Assembly: GCA_942492185.1 (NCBI GenBank)
Contig: CALOEA010000062.1
Span: 33,459 to 97,458, forward strand
Origin: an uncultured Alphaproteobacteria bacterium
GTDB taxonomy: Bacteria > Pseudomonadota > Alphaproteobacteria > Kiloniellales > JACOMY01
DNA: 64,000 nucleotides
Reading direction: 5' to 3'
In this document: piece after piece, positions 38,468 through 45,733 of the stretch
How the letters are laid out: every line of letters begins with the position of its first letter
Numbering within the stretch: the stretch's first letter is position 1
Notes under the pieces: generated by a model
Told to the model about the DNA's origin: nothing
What the model saw: the letters and a program-made list of their open reading frames with translations, nothing else
Database searches by the model: none
Program-made: the position numbers and the translations under genes

Positions 38468-39445
38468 ATGGAGGGCGGTACCGCCGGGGCCTTCCGGCTC
38501 GATCTCGACGCCGTCGACTTTGTCGGCCACGATCTGCAGCGTCCGGAGTGCGTGCTGGCCACGCGCAGCGGCGATCTCTATTGCTCCGACAAGCGCGGCG
38601 GCGTCGTGCACATCGCGCCGGACGGCAGCCAGCGGCTGATCGGCGAGGATCCGCGGATCATCGCCAACGGCATCGCGCTGCGCCGCGACGGCAGCTTTCT
38701 GGTCGCCAACCTCTCCGACGAGGGCGGCGTCTGGTCGCTCGACCGCAGCGGCCGCTTCGAACCCTTCCTGCTCGAGGTTGAGGGCCGCCGGCTGCCGAGC
38801 GTCAACTTCGTCTGGCTCGACTATCAGGACCGCCTCTGGGTCTGCGTCGCCACGCCGCGCGCCGGCGACCATCAGTTCCGTCCCGACCTGGCCGATGGCT
38901 ATATCGTGCTGGTGGACGACAAGGGGGCGCGAATCGTCGCTGAGGACGTCCACTGGACCAACGAGTGCCGCCTCGACCCGGCCGGGCGCTGGCTCTACCA
39001 GAACGAGACCTTCGGACGCCGCCTGCTGCGCTTCCCGGTGGAGACCGACGGCAGCCTCGGCAAGCGCGAGATTGTCGCCGAGTTCGGCGCCGGGATGTTC
39101 CCCGACGGCTTGGCGCAGGATGCCGAGGGCGGCATCTGGGTCATCGGCGTGGCCACCAACTCCATCGTCCGCGTGCTGCCCGACGGGCGGCAGGAGCAGA
39201 TCGCTTTCGACTGCGACGCCCGGCACGCCGCCAGCATCGAGGCCGCCTTCGCCGCCAAGGAGCTGGGCCGTCCGCTGCTCTATCAGGTGCACAGCCGGGT
39301 ACTGCCCAACGTCACCAGCCTCGCCTTCGGCGGCGCGGATCTGAAGACGGCCTACATGGGCTCGGTGGCCGGCAGCAGCCTGGCGCGCTTCCGCTCGCCG
39401 GTGGCGGGCCTGCAGCCGCCCTATTGGGACTTCGGGCCCTTCTGA
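38468..39445 (+). CDS. SMP-30/gluconolactonase/LRE-like beta-propeller protein
   Basis: LECPECVLATRSGDLYCSD-type N-terminus, NGIALRRDGSFLVAN, FPDGLAQDAEGGIWV, LAFGGADLKTAYMGS. The start is ATG 38468 or TTG 38459. Confidence 0.8.
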   Translation: MEGGTAGAFRLDLDAVDFVGHDLQRPECVLATRSGDLYCSDKRGGVVHIAPDGSQRLIGEDPRIIANGIALRRDGSFLVANLSDEGGVWSLDRSGRFEPFLLEVEGRRLPSVNFVWLDYQDRLWVCVATPRAGDHQFRPDLADGYIVLVDDKGARIVAEDVHWTNECRLDPAGRWLYQNETFGRRLLRFPVETDGSLGKREIVAEFGAGMFPDGLAQDAEGGIWVIGVATNSIVRVLPDGRQEQIAFDCDARHAASIEAAFAAKELGRPLLYQVHSRVLPNVTSLAFGGADLKTAYMGSVAGSSLARFRSPVAGLQPPYWDFGPF

Positions 39446-39452
39446 GGCCGCG

Positions 39453-40127
39453 TCAGCTCCAGGGCGCCAGGGCCTCGAGATCGCCGCGGCCACGGGGGCG
39501 AAAGCGCTCCTCGCGGAGCTCGACCCGTTGCATCCGGTCGGCCCGAAAGACCCGGTAGTCGGCGCGCAGCTCGCACCAGGCGATCAGCACCCAGCTGACG
39601 CCGAGATAGCTCAGCGCGACCGGCTCGACCCGGCGGCGCGACGCTTCGCCCTTCGCGTTCTCATAGTCGAAATCGAGCTTCCGCCGTTCCCGAAGCGCCT
39701 GTCGCAGGAGCGCAATCTCGCTGGGCGCGGGCGCGCCGGGGGCCTTCGGGGAATAGAGGCGCAACGCCTCGACCTGGGCCCGGAGCGGCGGTGGCAGGGC
39801 GGCGGAGATCTTTTCTCCCAGCGACAGGGCCGCCGCCGCCAGGGCGCGATCGCCGGCACTGGCCACGGTCCTCACCCCCAGGACCAGCGCGTCGAGCTCA
39901 TCGGGTGTCAGGCCGACCGCCGGCAATGCAAAACGCTCGACCAGGCGGTAGCCGACGCCCCGCTCCCCCTCCAGCGCCAGGCCGCCCGCCCGCAAGGCCT
40001 CGACATCGCGGTAGAGCGTGCGCAGCGAGATCTCCAGGGTCTCCGCCAGATCGCCGCCCGTTACGACGCGCCCGCCGGCCGCGTTCAGCAGGCGGGTCAG
40101 CAGGAAAAGGCGGTCGGCGCGGCGCAT
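39453..40127 (-). CDS. YafY-family transcriptional regulator (HTH + WYL domain), copy 2
   Basis: MRRADRLFLLTRLL..SLRTLYRDVEAL, and a C-terminal block VALSYLGVSWVLIAWCELRADYRVFRADRM parallel to copy 1. Confidence 0.85.
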   Translation of the reverse strand: MRRADRLFLLTRLLNAAGGRVVTGGDLAETLEISLRTLYRDVEALRAGGLALEGERGVGYRLVERFALPAVGLTPDELDALVLGVRTVASAGDRALAAAALSLGEKISAALPPPLRAQVEALRLYSPKAPGAPAPSEIALLRQALRERRKLDFDYENAKGEASRRRVEPVALSYLGVSWVLIAWCELRADYRVFRADRMQRVELREERFRPRGRGDLEALAPWS

Positions 40128-40130
40128 GAT

Positions 40131-40150
40131 ACTGACAGGATGCTGTCAGT
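40131..40150. promoter_or_regulatory. Perfect inverted repeat ACTGACAG-N4-CTGTCAGT (core CTGACA-N6-TGTCAG)
   Basis: Read directly. It begins 4 nt upstream of the YafY copy 2 start codon and ends 68 nt upstream of the divergent VOC gene. Confidence 0.6.
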
Positions 40151-40217
40151 TGGGGCGCGATAAAAGGGGGGACGTCACCGCGGCGCCTTCCGCGGGAACC
40201 GCAAGAGGAGCCCCCCG

Positions 40218-40607
40218 ATGTTCAATCACATATCCGTCGGCACCAACGATCTCGAAGCGGCCGGCCGCTTCTACGACGCAACGCTCGGCGCCCTCGGCTA
40301 TCGCCGCACTCTCAGCGAGGATTCCGGACTTGCCTGGGGCCTGCGCTGGCCCGAGTTCTGGGCGACCCAGACCTTCGATCGCCGCCCGGCCAGCGTGGGC
40401 AACGGCACCCACGTCGCCTTCATCGCCCCGTCGCGGCAAGCCGTCGAGGATTTCCACGCCGCGGCGCTCGCCAACGGCGGCAGCGACGACGGCAAGCCCG
40501 GGGAGCGCTCCTATCACCCGGGGTACTACGCCGCCTTCGTGCGCGACCCGGAGGGCAACAAGCTCGAGGCCGTCTTTCTGCCGGAGGTGCCCTTTCCTGA
40601 GGAATGA
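40218..40607 (+). CDS. VOC (glyoxalase/bleomycin-resistance/dioxygenase) family protein
   Basis: 129 aa. MFNHISVGTNDLEAAGRFYDATLGALGY ... YYAAFVRDPEGNKLEAV is typical of the family. RBS agaggag. Confidence 0.85.
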   Translation: MFNHISVGTNDLEAAGRFYDATLGALGYRRTLSEDSGLAWGLRWPEFWATQTFDRRPASVGNGTHVAFIAPSRQAVEDFHAAALANGGSDDGKPGERSYHPGYYAAFVRDPEGNKLEAVFLPEVPFPEE

Positions 40608-40609
40608 GT

Positions 40610-41443
40610 TCAGGCGGCGACCCACTCGATGAAGAGACCGCCGGCCGCGCCCGCCGGCGTGATCGCTTGCGCTCCCTTGGCGGTCGCCATGCGCAGGCCG
40701 ACGAAGGCCGGGCCGGCGCCGGCCGGCGGCAAGGCATCGGGCGCGATTTCGGCCAGCCGGGCCGGAGTGAGGACCAGCAGGCTTTCGCCCTCGCCGCAGG
40801 CGACGCTGGCGCCGCCGGCGACCGGCGTCACCGCGCCGCCGGTGATCCGGCTCAGGGCCTCCGCCGCCACCGCCGGCTCCTCGGCCATGAGATAGACCGC
40901 GACGATCTTGCGCGCGCCGTTGGCGTGGTTCTGGTAGGCCGGCTTCCAGAAGGATTGCGGAACGCGGTTGTGGCAGACGAAGAAGCCGAGGCCTGGCAAC
41001 GCCGGGGCGGTGACGAAGCCGAGCGTGAAGGCGACCGTCACCTCGCTGCCGTCCGGCAGGCGCGCGGAGCGCTCGAAGTCGAAGGGCGCGTAGGTTGTCA
41101 GGCCGGCGGCGCGCCAGTCGGCCAGGTCGGCGGCCGCGTCGCCGCTCTGCAGCACCAGGAGGGACATGCCTTCGCGCCGCGCCAGGAACTCCTTGTTCGC
41201 CGCACCGAAGGAGAAGCGCGGCGGCAGCGCCGCGGGGTCGTGCGGCGTCACCCCTTGCGGCCGGTCGACCTCCAGCAGCTCGATGAAGTTGTGTCCCGGC
41301 AGCTGCGCCAGCCGGTTGGAGGTGCCCATGGGGTCCGGATGGCGCGCCAGCGGAGTCAGCACGAAGCCCAGGGCCTCGTAGCGCGCCGCCAGCGTCGCCA
41401 GGCTCTTCGCCGCCACCACCACATGATCGAGTCCGCGCGCCAT
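40610..41443 (-). CDS. Glyoxalase-like domain (VOC superfamily) protein
   Basis: LDHVVVAAKSLATLAARYEALGFVLTP..HPDPMGTSNRLAQLPGHNFIELL matches the Glyoxalase_3-type pattern. 277 aa. Confidence 0.7.
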   Translation of the reverse strand: MARGLDHVVVAAKSLATLAARYEALGFVLTPLARHPDPMGTSNRLAQLPGHNFIELLEVDRPQGVTPHDPAALPPRFSFGAANKEFLARREGMSLLVLQSGDAAADLADWRAAGLTTYAPFDFERSARLPDGSEVTVAFTLGFVTAPALPGLGFFVCHNRVPQSFWKPAYQNHANGARKIVAVYLMAEEPAVAAEALSRITGGAVTPVAGGASVACGEGESLLVLTPARLAEIAPDALPPAGAGPAFVGLRMATAKGAQAITPAGAAGGLFIEWVAA

Positions 41444-41487
41444 GCCGCCCTGCCTCCCCTGTTTCCTACTGCCCGCGCCGGCGTCCG

Positions 41488-41775
41488 TCAGCGCTTCAAC
41501 TCGATCTCGACGAAGGTGAGCGGCCGGCCGCCGGCGTTGATCACGTTGTGCTCGACGCCGGCGGGGCGCGCGTAGGACCCGCCAGCCCGCATCGACGCGT
41601 CGTGCTCGCCCTCGGCATCGACGATCAGCAGCTGGCCGTCGGTCACCGGCACGATGACGTAGGCATACTCGTGGCGGTGATGCCCGGTCTCGGCGCCCGG
41701 CGCGAAGTCGTAGCGCGTCACCCGCACCGCCTCGTCGTCCTGCTGCAGCGTTGCCTTGGCCTGTTCGCGCGCCAT
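41488..41775 (-). CDS. Cupin-domain protein
   Basis: 95 aa. GHHRHEYAYVIVPV ... PAGVEHNVINAG cupin motifs. RBS AGGGGAGG sits before ATG 41775. Confidence 0.8.
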   Translation of the reverse strand: MAREQAKATLQQDDEAVRVTRYDFAPGAETGHHRHEYAYVIVPVTDGQLLIVDAEGEHDASMRAGGSYARPAGVEHNVINAGGRPLTFVEIELKR

Positions 41776-41862
41776 CGCCACGCCTCCCCTTTCTTTTGCC
41801 ACGATCCGCCCTAGTCTAGCGTCATCGGCCGCGCCGATGGATGCCTTTCGCGGGAGTAAGCC

Positions 41863-42255
41863 ATGCTGATCACGGTCACCGCCTTCTATGCCGGCCTGCT
41901 GTCGCTGCTCTTGCTCTTCCTCAGCGCGCGGATTCCGGGGCTGCGGCGGCGCCTGCGGGTCAGCCTGGGCGACGGCGGCGACGAATCGCTGCGCCGCGCC
42001 ATCCGCATGCATGGCAACGCGGTGGAGACGATTCCCATCGGCCTGCTGCTGCTGCTGCTGATCGAGATGATGGGCTACTCGATCTACATCCTGAACGGCG
42101 TCGGCCTCTGCCTCCTGCTGGGGCGGCTGCTGCACCCCTATGGGCTCGCGGGGGCCGGGCACATGTGGGCCCGCGTGTCAGGCATGGTGCTGACCTGGAT
42201 CGCCCTCCTGGCCGCCGCGGGGCTCTGCCTGCTCTCGGCGACCAGCAACTGGTAG
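41863..42255 (+). CDS. MAPEG-family membrane protein
   Basis: 130 aa, 4 TM helices. RAIRMHGNAVETIPIGLLLLLL and LLGRLLHPYG blocks. Confidence 0.75.
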   Translation: MLITVTAFYAGLLSLLLLFLSARIPGLRRRLRVSLGDGGDESLRRAIRMHGNAVETIPIGLLLLLLIEMMGYSIYILNGVGLCLLLGRLLHPYGLAGAGHMWARVSGMVLTWIALLAAAGLCLLSATSNW

Positions 42256-42321
42256 CGGCACGACCGGCGGCCCCGGCGTCGCCGCCGGGGCCCCGGGTGC
42301 TCGGCCCCTTACGCTCTTGGC

Positions 42322-43503
42322 TCAGTGGCCGGCCGCTTCGTTCCACTCCGGCAGCAGCACCAGGCTGTTCGGGTTGAAGCCGGCGTTCTTCAGGCTGTCC
42401 ATCGAGGCGACGACCTCGCCCTTCTGCAGATCCACCACCGTCACCGCGCCGTCGCTGAGGCCGGGCAGGTTCAGGAGCGCGTTCTGCACGAAGGCATAGC
42501 GCCAGTCCTTGGTGAAGCCGACGTGGTGCGCGCCCTCGCCGGTGGCGTAGGAGGCGACCAGCGACGGCAGGCCGCGGTCGGCGGCCAGGTCGAAGACATG
42601 CAGCTCTCCCGGCGAGCCGGTGGTTACGAAGAGACGGCTGCCGTCCGGCGTGAAGTAAAGCTCCAGCGGCACCCCGGCGCCGACCGTGGCGAAATCGAAG
42701 ACCTGTGCCGCATCGAAATCCTGGCTGCCTTCGTTCCAGGTCAAGGTCCAGAGCGTGCCGCCGAACATGTTGGTGACGTAGGCGACCGGCGGACTGGCGC
42801 CCGGCACGAAGAGGACCTCGACCGGCGCCTCACCGGAACCCTCGGGCTTCAGGGACAGGCGCTTGCTTCCAAGCACCATGAGCGTTGTCGCATCGAGGAT
42901 CGTGACGCTCTCGCGCGCATCCTGCAGGTCGCCGCTCACCGTGCTGGTGGTAATGAGCCGGTTGATCGCGCTGTCGACCGCGATGCCGTGCGGATAGGTG
43001 TCGGTCACCTCGGAGACCGCAACCAGGGTGTCGTCGCCAACCCGTCCCTTGAAGACATGGCCGGACTGCATGCAGGTCAGGAACCAGTGCTCATTGCTCT
43101 CGTCGAAGATCACGTCCTCGGCCATGACGCAGCCTTCGGTCGCCACGGTCCGCAGCCGATAGGGGAATTGCGTCAGATCGAGGACCTGCAGCGACGGCTG
43201 GCCCAGTGAGGTGACGTAAGCCTTGGTCATGGTGCGATCATAGAAGATGTGGTGGACGATCTGGCTCGCCGGCATGGGGATGTCCATCAGCATCCGGCCG
43301 AACGCCGGTGACTGCGGATCGACATCGAAGATGGCGATGCCCTCGCGGCGTTCCTGCTCGCCACCGAGCTTCAAGGCCTTCAGCGAGTCCGGCGTCTTGG
43401 TCTCGTAGTTCATCATGGCGAGAATCTCGGCCTGGGCGGCACCACCGCCGGCCAAGAACAAGGTCAAGAACAGAGATGCAACCATAGCTCCACGCGGACG
43501 CAT
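42322..43503 (-). CDS. Secreted beta-propeller protein, selenium-binding-protein (SBP56)/methanethiol-oxidase-like N-terminal signature
   Basis: Signal peptide ..GGGAAQA. FDVDPQSPAFGRMLMDIPMPASQIVHH parallels the SBP56 block DVDPKSPQY..LPMP...LHH. The rest looks like YVTN-type blades. At 393 aa it is shorter than canonical SBP56. RBS GGGAGGA. Confidence 0.45.
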   Translation of the reverse strand: MRPRGAMVASLFLTLFLAGGGAAQAEILAMMNYETKTPDSLKALKLGGEQERREGIAIFDVDPQSPAFGRMLMDIPMPASQIVHHIFYDRTMTKAYVTSLGQPSLQVLDLTQFPYRLRTVATEGCVMAEDVIFDESNEHWFLTCMQSGHVFKGRVGDDTLVAVSEVTDTYPHGIAVDSAINRLITTSTVSGDLQDARESVTILDATTLMVLGSKRLSLKPEGSGEAPVEVLFVPGASPPVAYVTNMFGGTLWTLTWNEGSQDFDAAQVFDFATVGAGVPLELYFTPDGSRLFVTTGSPGELHVFDLAADRGLPSLVASYATGEGAHHVGFTKDWRYAFVQNALLNLPGLSDGAVTVVDLQKGEVVASMDSLKNAGFNPNSLVLLPEWNEAAGH

Positions 43504-43588
43504 TTTCTGATCCTCCCAATATATGCCCATGATAGGGGCTTCCGAATACTCGACCGCCAATGCGCAATCGGCAAGATAATTAGTGTTT

Positions 43589-43606
43589 CTGTCATGTTTC
43601 TGTTCG
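43589..43606 (+). promoter_or_regulatory. Pho-box-like direct repeat CTGTCAT-GTTT-CTGTTCG inside two tandem 11-mers (43584-43605)
   Basis: Read directly in the AT-rich divergent region. The first half-site is identical to the PhoB half-site consensus CTGTCAT, and the spacing is 11 bp. Confidence 0.3.
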
Positions 43607-43686
43607 ATCATTTGTTTCAGCGCTATCGCTCGCCGTGAATTCTCCTAAGATGAGGCGGTCATGGATTCATTTTCGGATCACCCTCC

Positions 43687-44079
43687 ATGAGATCGGCCCC
43701 CATGAGATCATCCCTCGCGCGCGCCCTAGGCCGCCTGTGGCTTCTGCTGGTCCTCTTGGCCCCGCCGGCCGCCGGCGCCGCGGCCGAGGAGCTGCAGTTC
43801 AAGCTGGTCCTGCACGAGGGCGCCTTGCAGGATGAGAGCCAGAAGACCCTCAGGGTGGTCGAGGGCGACCACCTGACGCTGGAGTTCCTCAGCGACCGTC
43901 CGGCGACGCTGCACCTGCACGCCTACGATCTCGAGCTGGAGCTCCGCGCCGGCGAGGTCGGCACCATGGCTTTCGTGGCCGCGATCGCCGGGCGCTTCCC
44001 CCTGGAGGCGCACCAGGACCAGCAGGGTCACGGCCATGGCCACGGTCCGCTGCTCTATCTCGAGGTCTATCCTGACTAG
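43687..44079 (+). CDS. Small secreted protein, cupredoxin-like fold suspected, His/Gly-rich segment
   Basis: Signal peptide. GDHLTLEFLSDRPATLHLHAYDLELELRAGE..FVAAIAGRFPLEAHQDQQGHGHGHGP. There are two in-frame ATGs (43687 and 43702) within a CCATGAGATC direct repeat. Confidence 0.4.
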   Translation: MRSAPMRSSLARALGRLWLLLVLLAPPAAGAAAEELQFKLVLHEGALQDESQKTLRVVEGDHLTLEFLSDRPATLHLHAYDLELELRAGEVGTMAFVAAIAGRFPLEAHQDQQGHGHGHGPLLYLEVYPD

Positions 44080-45556
44080 CGGGGGCCGGGGCCGGTGGCG
44101 TCGCTGCGGCCGGGCGCTGCTGTCGGCAATGGCAATCGCCGTTGCCGGCGCGCGCACGGCTGACGCCCATGCTTTCGGGGCCCGCTATGATCTGCCACTG
44201 CCCCTGCAGCTCTATCTGCTCGGCGCCGGCGGCATCGTGCTGCTCAGCTTCGTCGTCCTCGCGTTCCTGCCGCGCACGCAGGCTTTGCCGGGGCACTGGA
44301 CACTGCCACTGCCGGCGTGGCTGCCGCCGCGATGGCGTCGGTCGCTGCGGCGAGCCGCCGCCGCCTTCGCCATCGGCATCTTCCTGCTGGTGCTGGTTGC
44401 CGGCCTGGCCGGCCAGCAGTCCGCCACCGGCAACATCGCGCCGTTGATCGTCTGGGTCCTCTGGTGGATCGGCTTCCTCTTCCTCTGCGTCCTGCTCGGC
44501 AACCTCTGGCCGCTGTTCAATCCCTGGAACGCGCTCTATCGGCTGGGCCGCTCCCTCTGCCGCCGGGCGCGGCCAGTGGAAGAGTCCGGCCCGCCGGCTG
44601 GCGGCGAGCGCGGCGGCTGGCTGGCGGCGCTGCTGTTCTTCCTCTTCGCCTGGCTCGAGCTGGTGAGCCACATCGCCGATTCGCCGCGCCAGCTGGCCAT
44701 CGCGATCCTCTGCTTCTCCGCCCTGACCTGGGCCGGCATGGCCTGGCTCGGACCGCAGCGCTGGCTGGCTGGGTTCGACCCCTTCCACCGGGTCTTCGCC
44801 CTGATCGGGCGCTTCGCGCCGCTGGGGCGCGACTGCGCCGGCCGCCTGGTGCTGCGCCCGCCGGGCGCCGGGCTGCTCGCCCACCATCCCGACAGCCTGG
44901 GGGGCGTTGCCTTCATCGTGCTGCTGCTGGCCAGCGTGACCTTCGACGGCTTCTCGGAGACGCCGCTCTGGCTGGCCGCGCTCGACTTCGTGGCGAACAG
45001 CCAGACGCTGCGGCCGGCGCTGCTGTGGCTCCAGGGCCAGGGTCTCGATCTGCTGGTCGTGGTCAAGACCCTCGGCCTGCTGGCGGCCGCCAGCCTCTTC
45101 CTGCTGCTTTTCGCCGGCGTCTGCCGCCTCAGCCTATGGGCCGGCGGCGGCGGCGTCAGCACCGCGCAGGCGATGCGCCGCTTCGCGCCCTCGCTGCTGC
45201 CGATCGCCATCGCCTACCACCTGTCGCACTATCTCTCTTACCTGCTGCTGGCCGGCCAGCTTGCGCTGCCCCTGGCGTCCGACCCGCTGGGTCTGGGCTG
45301 GGACCTCTTCGGCACCCGCGGCACCGGGATCGACGTCAGCGTCATCGGTGCCAGGACGGTCTGGTACGTCGCCGTGGTGGCGATCGTCACCGGCCACGTG
45401 CTGTCGGTCGTCCTGGCGCATCTGGAGGCGCAGCGGCTGTTCAGGCACCGACGGGCGGCCGTGGCCAGCCAGCTGCCGATGCTGGCGCTGATGATCGGCT
45501 TCACCATGTGCAGCCTCTGGATCCTGTCGCAGCCGATCGTCCAGGACGGCGGATGA
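44036..45556 (+). CDS. Polytopic integral membrane protein of unknown function
   Basis: About 12 hydrophobic segments. The predicted mature N-terminus is ..ADA/HAFGARYDLPLPL. The start is uncertain: ATG 44036 overlaps the upstream gene by 44 nt. Confidence 0.5.
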   Translation: MATVRCSISRSILTSGGRGRWRRCGRALLSAMAIAVAGARTADAHAFGARYDLPLPLQLYLLGAGGIVLLSFVVLAFLPRTQALPGHWTLPLPAWLPPRWRRSLRRAAAAFAIGIFLLVLVAGLAGQQSATGNIAPLIVWVLWWIGFLFLCVLLGNLWPLFNPWNALYRLGRSLCRRARPVEESGPPAGGERGGWLAALLFFLFAWLELVSHIADSPRQLAIAILCFSALTWAGMAWLGPQRWLAGFDPFHRVFALIGRFAPLGRDCAGRLVLRPPGAGLLAHHPDSLGGVAFIVLLLASVTFDGFSETPLWLAALDFVANSQTLRPALLWLQGQGLDLLVVVKTLGLLAAASLFLLLFAGVCRLSLWAGGGGVSTAQAMRRFAPSLLPIAIAYHLSHYLSYLLLAGQLALPLASDPLGLGWDLFGTRGTGIDVSVIGARTVWYVAVVAIVTGHVLSVVLAHLEAQRLFRHRRAAVASQLPMLALMIGFTMCSLWILSQPIVQDGG

Positions 45557-45733
45557 ACCTCGGCCGTGCTCGCCACAGCCCGCCGCTTGCCCGCTAGGGG
45601 CCGGCTGCCCTGCCGCTTCCGGCCGCTCGCCTTGTCACGCCCTTCGCCCCCCCTCTACAGTGGCGGCGATCACCTGCCCGCGACCCCGTCTTGCGTTTTG
45701 CCGACGCAGCACCGCCCAAGCAGGAGAAGGGGG

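Noticed and set aside
43685-43709. 10-bp direct repeat CCATGAGATC x2 (15-bp period) at the start of the His-rich protein gene
   Set aside because: It merely creates two in-frame MRS.. start options. There is no evidence of function beyond a small tandem duplication.
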